Shown: positions 51,018 to 63,893 of the stretch, piece after piece
How the letters are laid out: the number at the start of each line of letters is the position of its first letter
Position numbering within the stretch: the first letter of the stretch is position 1
From: Raja brachyura
Lineage: Eukaryota
Direction of reading: 5' to 3'
Length of the DNA: 64,000 nt
Assembly (NCBI GenBank): GCA_963514005.1
Contig: OY740809.1
Coordinates: 20,894,001-20,958,000 of the forward strand
Made by a program: the position numbers and the translations under genes
The notes under the pieces: generated by a model
Databases searched by the model: none
The model's input: only the letters and a program-made list of their open reading frames with translations
What the model was told of the DNA's origin: nothing

Positions 51018-52445
51018 AGAAACAAGGAACTGCAGATGCTGGTTTACAAAAAATGACACAAAGTGCTGGATTACTCAGTGGATCAGGCAGCATCTCTGGA
51101 ACTGAAGAGTCTGAAGAAGGGTTCTGACCCAAAAAATCACCTAACCATGTTCTTCAGAGATGCTGCCTGGCCTGCTGAGTTACTGCAACACTTTATCTTT
51201 TTTTTTGTTTTTTTGGAAGCCTGACAATGAACCTACAGTAATCTGCTTCTGGGAAGCTGAACTGCTCTACAATTACAATGTGCATATTTTTAATCTTGTT
51301 TTCATGAGCTTCCCAGTCTTTGGGTTACCTGCATGGACATTCAACTGAGACTCAGTGATTGGGGACAATGGTAGCTGAATTCTGGATAACCTCAAATTTA
51401 CAGTAGTAGAACAAGGGTGGCCAACAAAGAGGTGATGGACTAAACAGGTCCAGATATAATAAAGGATTGTAGCAGAACATGAGGTAAGGTGTCAGAAAGA
51501 TATGATTTTGGACTCAATTTGGGGTCAGATTTGTTTGCAAGATTACAAAAAGTTTAGTTTAATCCAAATAAATATGGAGTTAGTAGTTATGCACATGGAA
51601 TTTGCAACAGAAAAACAAACCGGTGGCTACAAATTTCAAAATATTGAAGAGTATTGCTGCTCGTTCAGTCAGCGAGACAGCCTGACCATTGAGTTACAGT
51701 AAATGAGTTGGGGTTTGACGATGGTGAAGTTAAAACTGTGTGCTGTCAGTGTCAATATAGAAATTAGTGTTACGTACTTGGCCGGGGTATTTGAGGGCAT
51801 CACCCACTTGATTAAGGCACAAGAGACTATAGGTGCTGGAAACTGGAGCTAAAAAAGAGCTGATGGAGGAACCCAGCCGGTCAGGAAGGAAATTTTCAGA
51901 CAGCATTTTGGATCTAGACCCTTCATCTGGATGACAAGAGTAGAGGCGAGATGGTCAGTATAAAAATTCTGACTAACCTGCCAATCAACCCCATCTGTGT
52001 AGGAAAGAACTGTAGATACTGGTTTAAATTGAAGATAGACACAAAATGCTGGTTTGAACTCAACGAGACAAGCAGCATCTCCAGAGAAAAGGAATGGGTG
52101 CCGTTTCGGGTTGAGACCTTTCTACAGATGATCAGTCTGAAGGAGGGTCTTGACCGGAAACGTCACCCATTCCTTCCCTCCAGAGATGCTGCCTGTCCCA
52201 CCAAAAACAGAAGGAGAACTGCTGGAGGAACTCAGTATCTATGGAGGGAAATGGAGAGTCAGCATTTTGTGTCTATTTTTGAATCAACCCCATCTCATCT
52301 GTATCCACCTAGCTCTTGTCCTACCCTCTCTGTATATTGCCTTTCTCTCCTCTACTCTTTTATGGAGGGTGTAGACACAAAACGCGACTCTCCATTTCCC
52401 TCCATAGATACTGAGTTCCTCCAGCAGTTCTCCTTCTGTTTTTGG
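51018..52445. mobile_element. Cluster of Penelope-derived fold-back repeats (about 51018-51200, 51828-51930, 51996-52200, 52205-52445)
   Basis: Same GGAACTGCAGATGCTGG / GCAGCATCTC / CTGAAG motifs; boundaries approximate. Confidence 0.65.
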
Positions 52446-53458
52446 TACATATTTAATGAATGTGAGAGATCCAGGATAGTAGATGGGAATTTTTGGAGTA
52501 AAAGAACAGGAGCAGTAAACAGTTACTACATGAACTTAACCTGTTGCAGTCAAATATTTGTACTTGGTGCTGAAGAGGCACATGACGACTTTGGCATTAT
52601 TGTGCAAATCTTGCTGTGTTTTAAATCTAAGGTTCAAGTTTTGCATGCGATGCAAACTCTATAATAATGTTTTTAAATATTTTCTTCCATCTTGGTATTG
52701 TCGGCAATTATTGGCTATTGATATTTGGATTACTTTGTTGTTTATAGGGCCAGTCAGAGACTGGAGCCTCATGAAGACTAGCTAAGGACAGTGAACTCAA
52801 TAACAACAGGGAATGCTCATGCATCAAATATGTTAAATACTTACAAACATTTATGATGATCGATGTAGATTTTTGATCTGGTGACATGTTAAAGCTGTGA
52901 AGTTAGGCAAAAATGCTGGAGAAGCTCAGTGGGAGAGGCAGCATCTATGGAGCGAAGGGACAAAAATGCTGGAGAAACTGATACTTTTTATTTCAACATG
53001 TTTGCTGCCATGTCAAATGAGCAGAAAATGGTAAAAAATATACTGGGAAAGGGTATATTGTTTCTTTTATTTGCGTCATATTTTAATAAACCTTCTAAGA
53101 ATCGCCTTGTGTGGTTACCTGTTCACAATCAACCTGAGATCATTTGTCGGAGTGGCAACTCGTAAGTAAATCTGCAAAAAGATGGTGGACGTGAAAACTG
53201 ACCCAGCTCTCGGTCTTCCAATATCCTGTGGCAACTAGGTCCTTGCTAATTCAAGCAACACTCTCTCCCAAAGCAGGCTGTCGCGTCGGGGATTACTGTG
53301 GTGTTTTTACAGCATCTTTATCCCAATCCGTATATCTCTGTAATGCACTTGGGCAATATCAAAATCCAACAAGCCATCGGTTGAGCTAAGTGGTCCTTTT
53401 ACAGTAAGAAGGATTCATTTAAATATGAATGAGTTATTGTATAATTTTGATTTTACAG

Positions 53459-53582
53459 GTGCTTCAGGGAGACCTAGCTGAACATGAAGTCAGCGTAGAA
53501 AAGTTACAAAAAGCAGCAAACTCCTTGATGTCCACGGATGATGACCTTGTTCCAAACCAAGATCAAATTCAACTAACGACAG
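53459..53582 (+). CDS. MACF1: MACF1 exon (VLQGDLAEHEVSVEKLQKAANSL...)
   Basis: ttacag|, |gtacca, phase 0 to 1. Confidence 0.92.
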
Positions 53583-54905
53583 GTACCATTTCAGTACTAG
53601 CTGTTTTCATCAAAATGTGGTTCTGTAATTACAACAAATAGGAAATATCTCAGTAAATCATACATCTTCAATATATATAAATAATATTGGTGATCCACCA
53701 ATTTCTCTATCTTTCTAAAAAAATTAATTGTAATTTATAATTCAGGCTTCAAATCTTGAGTCATCTTCACATAGTAGATCATAAATCTACTATCATTTGA
53801 TTACAGCAATGAAACCTTTCAGGTAAATAGAAATATCATCTACAAATGCCGGTGACTGGAATGTTTTAAATATAAATGTAAGTTTTCAAAGTTGAATAAT
53901 ACTTGAGAAATGGCCTTTCTTCACTAAATTGATGGTAGTGATTCAGACATCCCAAAAGTATTGTAAAATGTGTATTGTATGATGTTTCTGCCAAAGTGGC
54001 ACATAGTTTATGTGTTAGGTCATATGAAACTGTTGCATGAGCAGTAACCTATGGTTTAGAATTGTTGGGTTAATCTTTCCTTATTTGGTGCACTGAAAAT
54101 AAAAATAGCACCAATTGGGAATTCCTGAAGGGAATCAAAGCGATACACTGACATTAAGTTATTGAAGCAACTAATTAGGCTCTAGTTGTGCCTTGACTGA
54201 AGCTGTTCATTCAATTCTAAGGAAACTATTTGTAAATCTGACAATTTACAAACAATAGAAAAAAATATAAATATACTGGGGATCTGAAACAAATCAAGAA
54301 AACAGACTGGGAATATAGAATTCAGTCAGGAGATGAAATGTATGAGGGAAACATTGACGTTTTAATGTTGCTTTTCTTTTTCCAGATGCTCTATTAAACT
54401 ATTCTACTTTCTACATTTTTTTTGTTTTCTAAATACCAAGTTGGCTAATATTTCTGCTAATTTTCTGACAAATCCATTTATCTTGTGTATCAGTTCTACA
54501 AATGTATCATGGGTAAAGTAAGTGGACAAATGGTTTAATGTTATGCAACGGGAATGTGGCGACTGTGAACATCTGGCAGTGATGCAGTCAGGGAAGTATT
54601 TGTGACTAACGGCACAAAGGCCCACAATGAGGGGTGATTTTTCATGCTCTGCGGGAAGTGCAGCGCAGAGACACGCAACCGAGCACCCCAACAGTGCAGA
54701 GTGGGCCGCTGCGACCAGGCTTCTGCTGAGAACTTTCGCAGCTGTTATCAGAGTCGGCCCCGCTGAGCAGAATACTCTTTATGTTTTTTGCTGCCCCACT
54801 TCCCTCCACTCCACCTGCTCCCCTTCTTGATGGGGAAAAAAGGGTTTAAGTCAAAAGGGTCTTATAACAAAATATTGCACAGAACTGAATAGTCTAATTG
54901 TATTC

Positions 54906-55017
54906 GACAGAAGATAGACACAAAAAGCTGGAGTAACTCAGCGGGTCAGTAGCATCTCGGGAGAAAAGGAATGGGTGACGTTTCGGGTTGAGACCCTTCT
55001 TCAGACTGAGAGTCAGG
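54906..55017 (-). mobile_element. Penelope-derived half unit with near-intact hammerhead core
   Basis: Minus strand CTGAAGAAGGGTCTCAACCCGAAACGTC; TSD AATTGTATTC at 54896-54905 and 55018-55027. Confidence 0.75.
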
Positions 55018-55194
55018 AATTGTATTCCTCTGTTTCTCTCTTCTCCTCTTGTTTTGCATATTCCTCCTCCTTTTCCCTGTTCCTCAATTTACTCTTGTCG
55101 CACATTACAATCGCACCCCGTTCCGTTTTTTCATTCCCTACTCTCCTTGTTGCTCCCACATTTCCCTCTTAACTTTCCTCCTTACAACATAGAA

Positions 55195-55525
55195 GAGTAC
55201 AATACATGAATGAACCCCTCAGCCCACAATGTTTGTGCCGAACATAATGCCAAGTTAAACTGATCTCATCTGCCCATACATGATCCATTTCTATGTGACT
55301 ATATAAAAGCCTCTTAAATACCACTATTGCATCTGCCTCCACCACCCCTGGCAATTCGTTCCAGGCACCCGCCACTCTCTGTGTAAAACAAAACTTGCCC
55401 CACACATCTCCATTAAACTTCCCCTCTCTCTCACCTTACAGCTATGCCCTCTAGTGCGGGACAATTCCAGCTTGGGGGGGGGGGGGGGGGGGGGAGGGTT
55501 CTGACTGTCCAGCATATCTATGCCC
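55195..55525 (-). mobile_element. CR1-type LINE 3' fragment
   Basis: Peptide FTQRVAGAWNELP. Confidence 0.7.
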
Positions 55526-55703
55526 TTTTCTTTCCTTTATCCATTTACTTTAAAGCAAAGTTCACCTTTCACTTGCATTACTGACTTTTAGTTTAATTCT
55601 CCAAAATAAATATTTGTATTTATGCAAACTGAAACTTTACATGATACAATCATTCAAAACACATTCTGAATATCTGAATAACATAGTCTTGTTTTCCTTT
55701 TAG

Positions 55704-55912
55704 ATTCCATTACGCAGAGGGTCAAGAAATTGTCTACAGTCGTTTCAGAACACAATGAGAAGATGCAGGTATCAATCGCTCAGTCTCAGAGTGTTCAAGA
55801 AGGTCTGGATAATTTACTGAACTGGCTGGAAGGTGTTGAAAAGAGTTTGAAAAATCAGGACAATTTGCCGTTGTCATCTGCTGCCATCCAGGATTCCCTG
55901 GCCCAAAACGCG
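55704..55912 (+). CDS. MACF1: MACF1 spectrin-repeat exon (SITQRVKKLS...SQSVQEGLDNLLNWL)
   Basis: ttttag|, |gtgagt, phase 1 to 0. Confidence 0.93.
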
Positions 55913-56318
55913 GTGAGTCTTCTCCTAGTCTTTTGCTTTTTGCAGCAGTTAAATATGGCATAATTGAGAAGTTATGATAGCCATATCATGCCTGGTGTCA
56001 TAGTTTCATACATGTATTATGATTTTGTGACAGACTCTGTCTAAGTAGATTCCTTGCCGCTTCCTTGTCAATATTGCTTTACCCACTGATTGCGAGTGTT
56101 TTCCCTCCATCCCTCCCTCTCTCTTTCCCTTCCTTGTTTCCTTGATCATTCCCTCTCTCTTTCTCATATATCACAGGACAAATATATATCTCAATCAAGA
56201 GCATACTGGAGCAAGCAATGGCCAAGAATAGCAGTAAAATTACAATGTATGAAGTTTGTGCTGAAGTCCAAAGACGTACACTATTTTAAATAACCCTTTG
56301 TTTTCTAAAACTTTTCAG

Positions 56319-56636
56319 AAATTAAAGCAAGATATTGCTAGTCATCAAAGCAGCATTAACACAATCCAGGAAATGGTTCATGGTTTTATCGAAAACACAG
56401 ATAGAGCAACTGCTTCCTCACTGCAAGAGAAGCTTGAGCAGTTGAATAGCCAAGTGCGAGCGGTGTGCAATGAGCAACAGGTGAAGGAGGAGAAGCTGAG
56501 GAAACTGCTACCTAAAACAGAGCAGTTTGAAAAACTGGTGCAGGATGTTGGACAGTTCATCGAAAACAAATCTCAGAGCCTGGCAGCTGGAGGAGATCCC
56601 AATGAAGATATTGCTCACTTTTCACAGAAAATACTG
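56319..56636 (+). CDS. MACF1: MACF1 spectrin-repeat exon (KLKQDIASHQSSINTIQEMV...)
   Basis: tttcag|, |gtaagt, 318 nt. Confidence 0.93.
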
Positions 56637-56706
56637 GTAAGTACATTATTTGTGAAATTCTACTTCTATCTTCATTTCTATTAATGGCACCAAAAATATA
56701 TATTTT

Positions 56707-56737
<31 letters not shown>

Positions 56738-58009
56738 TAATATATTGAATGTATTAAACAGCTAGCTATGTCCAGCTCTCTTCATAACTTAGATAATGAA
56801 GTGATCCATGTCCAATGTCTATAAAACTTTCATTATGTTTTTGTTTTGTGGACCCTTGGAGCTCATCCTTAATTTTCTTTGTGATGGTTCTTCCGCCTAG
56901 CCTACATGTGTGCCACACTAGTACTATCTAAATAAGCAAGTACTTAACCATTTCCCAAGGATGTGCCACTGCTCAGATTCCTCTCACCAAGCTCTTGAGA
57001 GCAGATTCTAAACTAGAGTAGGGCAGATTCTAAACTATACTGCAGGCTCTATCCCACATGTGGTAGAATCAACCTTGTCTACAGCTGTCACATAATGTCC
57101 CCACGTGTACCCATTGTTCTTATCAATGAAGACAATCATGCCATATGCCGCCTTCACCACCTATCTATGTGCGTCACCACTTTCAGGGAGCTATGTTTCC
57201 GTACTCCGAGTTATCTTGACTCGACAATACTTTCCACGAACCTACCATTTACTGTGCAGTCCTGCCTGGTTTCATTTGCCAAAATGCATCACCTCAAATT
57301 TGTCAGATTTTAATTCAACCATGGGCCACTTCCTCACTTGATCCAGGATTTCCTTTGCAAACTTAGACGTCCTTCCTCACCGTTTTGGTACCATCCGCTC
57401 CCTTACTAACCAAAACCCATTCTCAAACCAAATAGAACTGTGTATATTTCTTCACTGCATGAGAGTGGTTGGAGAATATGGTCCACAACGATAATCTTGA
57501 CGGGAAGCAGAGGTGTACAAACTGTTCTGAAATGAAATCTCATCCTCACCTGAAAAATAAATATCGTTTTGAAATGGATTTTAAACATTCTTAATTTAGT
57601 TAAGTTTACAGATACAGCGTAGAAACAGGTCCATCGGCCCACCGAGTCCACGCCAACCATTGATCACCCATGTTCCATGTTCTCTACACTGTGTTCTATA
57701 CACCATGTTCTTAACCTGCAAACCTGCTCGTCTTTGGAATATCTTGTACAATTAAATATATTATTGTAATACTGCCTTCAGGCAACATCTGTCTTTGATA
57801 AACATGTTAATTTGATCATCTCTTGTACTCTTGACTCTTTCTACAAATCATGGATTTTAAGTTCAGTTGAGTGCTGAGATTGCAGAACAATCCCTCTCAC
57901 TGTTTTACATCACTTTCATTAGAAGATCAACAGTGGCAACATTTAAACATAGAAGAGCAGCTAGGCTACCGTTTTTAATGGCACGTGGCCATGTGTTTCC
58001 TTACCACAG

Positions 58010-58176
58010 GAGGCAAGCACAGAAATGGTGAAGCAAAGGGAAGACCTACAGGCTCTGCAGCAGCTCGCTGAAGAACTGACTACATTTGACATCTTGGCGG
58101 AAAAGAATCAGCTCACGGAGACTGTCAAAGACCTAACCAGAGGGTACAAAAAACTAGAACTGAATATTAAGAAGAG
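58010..58176 (+). CDS. MACF1: MACF1 exon (EASTEMVKQREDLQALQQLAEEL...)
   Basis: ccacag|, |gtaaga, phase 0 to 2. Confidence 0.88.
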
Positions 58177-59031
58177 GTAAGAGATAATGATTCTTCAAAT
58201 TGACTTTCCTAAACCATTTATTAGCTATTATTATCATTTCTTCGCATATTTGACTTTAAGGGGCTCGAAGCCCATTCAGCAAATTAATGCATTATCACGT
58301 ATGCTGACTAAAAGGTCAAAATCGGCATGAATATTTTGAGCAGCTTGAATCCGTGTGAATTTATTTTTCTCTTTCTGTTTTCCTTCTTTCCTGTTTGTTA
58401 TTTTTTTTGATGAATCCATTTCCATTCAATAATCTTCATTTGCAGGCCTCCAGTAGCGCACACATTTTCTCTCGTGTTCGCTCTCACTCCTGTACGCTAT
58501 CTCCTGATGATTGAATGAGTTGTCACTTGGACAAACAATACATTGTCAGCCTGGGAAGCATTTACACCGTGATGTCTGCAGGTGGCAAAGATGCGATTGG
58601 GATTGTAATGGCGGTTGACGTAACAAAGCTCAAGAGGGTAGTCTTTGTGGTGGCCAGAATGTGTGGTTGGAGCATGCCTCGCGATTTTAAATTGTAGACC
58701 ATCCAAACTTCAGTGAAAGGCCATATTATCTCAATGAATTTGATTAAGTCTTTCCAGAAAACTTTTTGAACACTATGTTTTTGAATAGGAAAAGGAACGA
58801 TTCTCATCACAATTTTACTGCGATGATTTTGTTACATTTTTGGATTCCTTTTGTAATTGGGTGCAATCGTTAACATTTTCATCCATATCTGTCAATATTC
58901 TTTATTTGCGGCACATTTGATTTTTAGTTTTGCCAGGGTTAATGAAATGTTTTCACTCATCAAATTCTTTGTAATTATGCATTCCATGAAATCTAAACAT
59001 GACTTGTTAATTTGTTTAGCAACATTAATTT

Positions 59032-61645
59032 AGAAACATGGAAACATAGAAAATAGGTGCAGGAGTAGGCCCTTCTAGCCTGCACCGCCGTTCTACATGA
59101 TCATGGCTGATCATTCAACTCAGTATTGTGTACCTGCCTTCTCTCCATACCCCCTGATCCCTTCAGCCACAAGGGCCACATCTAACTCCCTCTTAAATAT
59201 AGCCAATTAACTGGCCTCAACTACCTTCTGTGGCAGATAATTCCAGAGACTCACCACTCTCTGTGTGAAAAATGTTTTCCTCATCTTGGTCCTAAAGCAA
59301 TTCCCCCTTATCCTTAAACTGTGACCCCCTTTTTCTGGACCTCCCCAACATCGGGAACAATCTTCCTGCATCTAGCCTGTCCAACCCCTTAATTTTGTAA
59401 GTTTCTATAAGATCCCCCCTCAATCTTCTAAATTCTAGTGAGTACAAGCTGAGTTTATCCAGTCTTTCCTCATATGAAAGTCCTGATATCCCAGGAATCA
59501 GTCTGGTGAACCTTCTCTGTTTCCCCTCTATGGCAAGAATGTCTTTCCTCAGATTTGGAGACCAAAACTGTACATAATACTCCAGGTGTGAGCTCACCAA
59601 AACCCTGTACAATTGCAGTAGAACCCTGCTCCTATACTCAAATCCTTTTGCTATGAATGCTAACATACCATTCGTTTTCCTCACTGCCTGCTGCACCTGC
59701 ATGCCTACTTTCAATGACTGGTGTACCATGACTCCCCGGTCTCGTTGCATCTCCCCTTTTCCTAATCGGCCACCATTCAGATTATTATCTGAACAGGACT
59801 GGTCTACCCTCCTGTTTTTGCCACCAAAGTGGATAACCTCACATTTATCTGCATTATACTGCATCTGCCATGCATTTGCCCACTCACCCAGCCTATCCAA
59901 GTCACCTTGCAGCCTCCTAGCATCCTCCTCACACCTAACACTGCCCCCCACCTTTGTGTCATCCGCAAACTTGGAAATGTTGCAGTCAATTCCCTTGTCC
60001 AAATCATTAATATATATTGTAAATAGCTGTGGTCCCAGCACTGAGCCTTGCGGTACCCCACTAGTCACTGCCTGCCATTCTGAAAAGGACCCGTCCTACC
60101 CTTTGCTTCCTGTCTGCCAGCCAGTTCTCTATCCACATCAATACTGAACCCCCAATACCGTGTGCTTTATACTAATCTCTTATGTGGGACCTTGTCTAAA
60201 GCCTTCTGAAAGTCCAGACATAACACATCCACCGGTTCTCCCTTATCCACTCTACTAGTTACATCCTTGAAAAATTCTATAAGATTCGTCAGACATGATT
60301 TACCTTTCGTAAATCCATGCTGACTTTGTCCAATGATTTCACCACTTTCCAAATGTGCTGCTATTCCATCTTTAATAACTGACTCTAGCAGTTTCCCCAC
60401 TACCCATGTTAGGTCTGTAATTCCCCATTTTCTCTCTCCTTCCTCCTTTAAGAAGTGGGGTTACATTAGCTATCCTCCAATCCTCAGGAACTAGTCCAGA
60501 ATCTAAAGAGTTTTGAAAAATTGTCACTAATGCATTCATTATTTCTGTGGCTACTTCCTTGAGTACTCTTGGTTGCAGCCTATCTGGCCCTGGGGATTAA
60601 TCAGCCTTTATTCCATTCAATTTACCCAACACCACTTCCCGGCTAACCTGGATTTCGCTCAGTTCCTCCATCTTATTTGACCCCCGTTCCCCTGCTATTT
60701 CCGGCAGATTATTTATGTCTTCCTTAGTGAAGACAGAACCAAAGTAGTTATTCAATTGGTCTGCCATGTCCTTGTTCCCCATGATCAATTCACCTGTTTC
60801 TGACTGCAAGGGACCTACATTTGTTTTAACTAATCTTTTTCTCTTCACATATCTATTAAAATTTTGGCAGTCCGTTTTTATGTTCCCTGACAGTTTTCTT
60901 TCATAATCTATTTTCCCTTTCCTAATTAAGCCCTTTGTCATCCTCTACTGGACTCTGAATTTCTCCCAGTCTTCTGGTAGGCTGCTTTTTCTGGCTAATT
61001 TGTATGCATCATCTTTTGTTTTGATACTATCCCTGATTTCCCTTGTTATCCACTGATGCACTACCTTCCCTGATTTATTCTTTTGCCAAGCTGGGATGAA
61101 CAATTTTTGTAGTTCATCCATGCAGTCTTTAAATGCCTTCCATTGCACATCCACCGTTAACCCTTTAAGAATCACTTGCCAGTCTATCTTGGCCAATTCA
61201 CGTCTCATACCCTCAAAGTTACCTTTCTTTAAGTTCAGAACCCTTGTTTCTGAATTAATTATGTCACTCTCCATCCTAATGAAGAACTCAACCATATTAT
61301 GGTCACTCTTGCCCAAGGGGCCACGCACAACAAGACTACTAACTAATCCTTCCTCATTACTCAATACCCAGTCTAGAATAGCCTGCTCTCTGTTCCTCTT
61401 CATGTTGGTTTATAAAACTATCTTGCATACATTCCAAGAAATCCTCTTCCTCAGCACCCCTGCCAATTTGATTCACCCAATCTATATGTAGATTGAAGTC
61501 ACCCATTATAACTGTTTTACCTTTGTTGCACGCATTTCTAATTTCCTGTTTGATGCCATCCCCAACTCCACTATGACTGTTAGGTGGCCTGTACACAACT
61601 CCCACTAGCGTTTTCAGCCCCTTAGTGTTTCGCAGCTCTACCCAT
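59032..61645 (-). mobile_element. 5'-truncated CR1 (HER1-like) LINE with APE endonuclease and RT remnants
   Basis: GVVYRPP, MGDFN, LGKSDH (APE); SQHGF..KSCLTNL, LDFQKA, SGVPQGSVLGP, FADD (RT); AGAAACAT-type tail; several frameshifts. Confidence 0.95.
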
Positions 61646-62897
61646 TTGTGGCTTCAAGTTAACCTTTCTTAGAGTTTAATGAAACTTAAAACTGACTCTT
61701 CATTTCTTAGTAACAGTGCATTTGTTTGAAATGAGCAGGTTTGCACTTTTTGAATGCACATGATCACTTGCCCCTTAGAACACGCATCATGTTTACCATC
61801 CGTCTCAGCAGTTTTTAAGAAAAAACAGGCTCAAACTGGCTTTATGTTCTGAAAGGTAGAAAACTTTTGATGTGGTATAAAAACGAATGGTTTTCAACAA
61901 AGTCTGATTTGCCACGAGTTATTTTCTGTGGATATATTTTTAAAGCAAGTTAAAATTGGCTGCCGAAGTAAGATGGTGATCAATATGTCTGAATTTCCAG
62001 GCGGTGGTCAGCTACCACTCTGGCTGTTTCAAATCTTGTAGGTTCACTTAGCTGTAATGTGTCTTCTGAATGTAACTGATACTTAGTTTAGAGATGCAGC
62101 TCGGAAACAGGCCCTTCGGCCCACCAGGTCCGTGCCGACCGTTACTCTGGGCTTGAGACACCCCAGTGCAGTACAGAGCTCCAATGTTGTAAGTGGCAAA
62201 TTCTGCCCAGAGGACCCAACGTTCACCAATTATCAAAACACACGCCTTGAATGTTTCTGAAAATCTGTGACAATAACCAACATTCAAAACTATTACGTCT
62301 TTTTTGTGATTAACTATTAAATGTTTTAAAATAGGCAATCATTTTATATATTTTTAAATTTAACAACCATAAAACTTGTCTTGCATTCTCTCGGCCACAC
62401 CTCTCCACTTCAATGATTGGAGTCACTGAATATTGGGCAGATTTTCTAGGGAAAAATGAACTGCTGTGGAATTGCAGCAGATTGGCATTTCGTCTTGGAG
62501 CCCAAGCCGAGTTCAACATTATAGTGTCGTTGGGAAATTAGGAAGTTTAGGACCTCGCCATTCTTGAGAGTTATGGGGGTAAATGCTTGCATTTCCACAA
62601 CAAATATTGAGGCCTTTGTGTATAGAAGCCTGCTTGGATTTAACAGAAGACTGCCTCTTTGAAACGATTCCCTCTGTTGAGTGATGAATACTCATTCTCT
62701 GGTGGTCACCACTACAATGGGGAACTGGGAATGATGGCAGGGAATCACCAAGTACAATCGGGGAAAAAACCCATTGTAATTGTATCAGGAAACCAGATAT
62801 GTATTCTAAATTAGTTCAAGTAGCCCAGCATTTCCAACATTAGAAGCATTTTCTAATAATGGATAAATAGGCCACTGATTGAGCTTCAATTTTTCAG

Positions 62898-63054
62898 GGA
62901 GGAAGAGGCAACATCCTGCCAAAAGTCTCTGAGCGACTTCACTTCCCTGGTTGAGTCGATTAGAAAATGGTTAAAGGAAACAGAGACACGCATTCCGTGT
63001 TTTGAATCGGCACTTGATACAGACACAATCAAGGAACAGATCCAAGAAGTGGTG
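62898..63054 (+). CDS. MACF1: MACF1 exon (EEEATSCQKSLSDFTSLVESIRKWLKETE...)
   Basis: tttcag|, |gtaagt, phase 2 to 0. Confidence 0.92.
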
Positions 63055-63372
63055 GTAAGTCTACATAAAATGAAAAGCATACGGTATTTGCTATTTTAAG
63101 GAATATCAGGATATATATATTTTTTTCTTGTGCAGGATGACTGTGAAGATGAAACAGTCTGTAAACATGCTTTCCACATTTTGGTCAAGCAAGTTTGCTC
63201 CTCCTTGTGAGCAAACATTTCCTGTTATTATTTTGAGGAGGACGGGAGGGAGAATGGTCCCATCGTGTGAAGCAATTGTTCATAATGTCTGAGAAAAGAA
63301 GCACAAAAAACAAGCCTCAATTGACAAAGGTTTTTACTAAAACGGTATGATAAGGCTTATTTTCATTGACAG

Positions 63373-63499
63373 GTTCTTTTGGAAGATTGGTCAGCAAAAT
63401 CTCCACAAATTCAAGAAATAAACCACAAAGGAACTGAGTTAGAAAGTCTCATCATGGAAATAACATCTCCAGACACTGCTTTGAACACCAGTAAAACAG
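63373..63499 (+). CDS. MACF1: MACF1 exon (VLLEDWSAKSPQIQEINHKGTELESLIMEITSPD...)
   Basis: gacag|, |gtaaca, phase 0 to 1. Confidence 0.92.
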
Positions 63500-63753
63500 G
63501 TAACATCTTGGATCAGGAAAAGTGCAGTTAACCTAATCGTTTTGGAACTTTTTATTTAGCTTTTTAACTAACTTTGTCGTCTTCTATAATGCTCCAACCA
63601 CTATCATAAGAGTGTGCTCAAGACACCTGATCGAAATCTCTCTCAAAGCAATTCTACAGTAAACTTAGAACAAGTAAGAATGAAAATGAATGATTTAAAT
63701 TTCCCTTTAACTCCACATAGTCAGTCATGTGTCAGCAGAGTAAGCGGCTTGAT

Positions 63754-63893
63754 NNNNNNNNNNNNNNNNNNNNNNNNNNNNNNNNNNNNNNNNNNNNNNN
63801 NNNNNNNNNNNNNNNNNNNNNNNNNNNNNNNNNNNNNNNNNNNNNNNNNNNNNNNNNNNNNNNNNNNNNNNNNNNNNNNNNNNNNNNNNNNNN
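63754..63893. other. Assembly gap (140 N)
   Basis: Run of N. Confidence 1.

Larger units (their letters stand above)
32..63499 (+). other. MACF1: Partial MACF1 (ACF7) spectraplakin gene: 29 coding exons, plakin domain end, plectin-repeat giant exon, spectrin-repeat rod
   Basis: Spliced peptides match remembered MACF1 sequence (e.g. [71 protein letters not shown]). All introns are GT-AG and exon phases are consistent. DST is the alternative paralog but fits less well. Confidence 0.9.

Noticed and set aside
51951-52664. 237-aa ORF
   Set aside because: Runs through fold-back repeats; no protein-like motif
57001-57037. Direct repeat GCAGATTCTAAACTA
   Set aside because: Small local duplication within decayed LINE sequence
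58446-59010. Possible extra exon, snoRNA or antisense pseudogene after the 58010-58176 exon
   Set aside because: An acceptor-like AG and a TGATGA exist, but I found no matching donor, D box with terminal stem, or recognisable peptide
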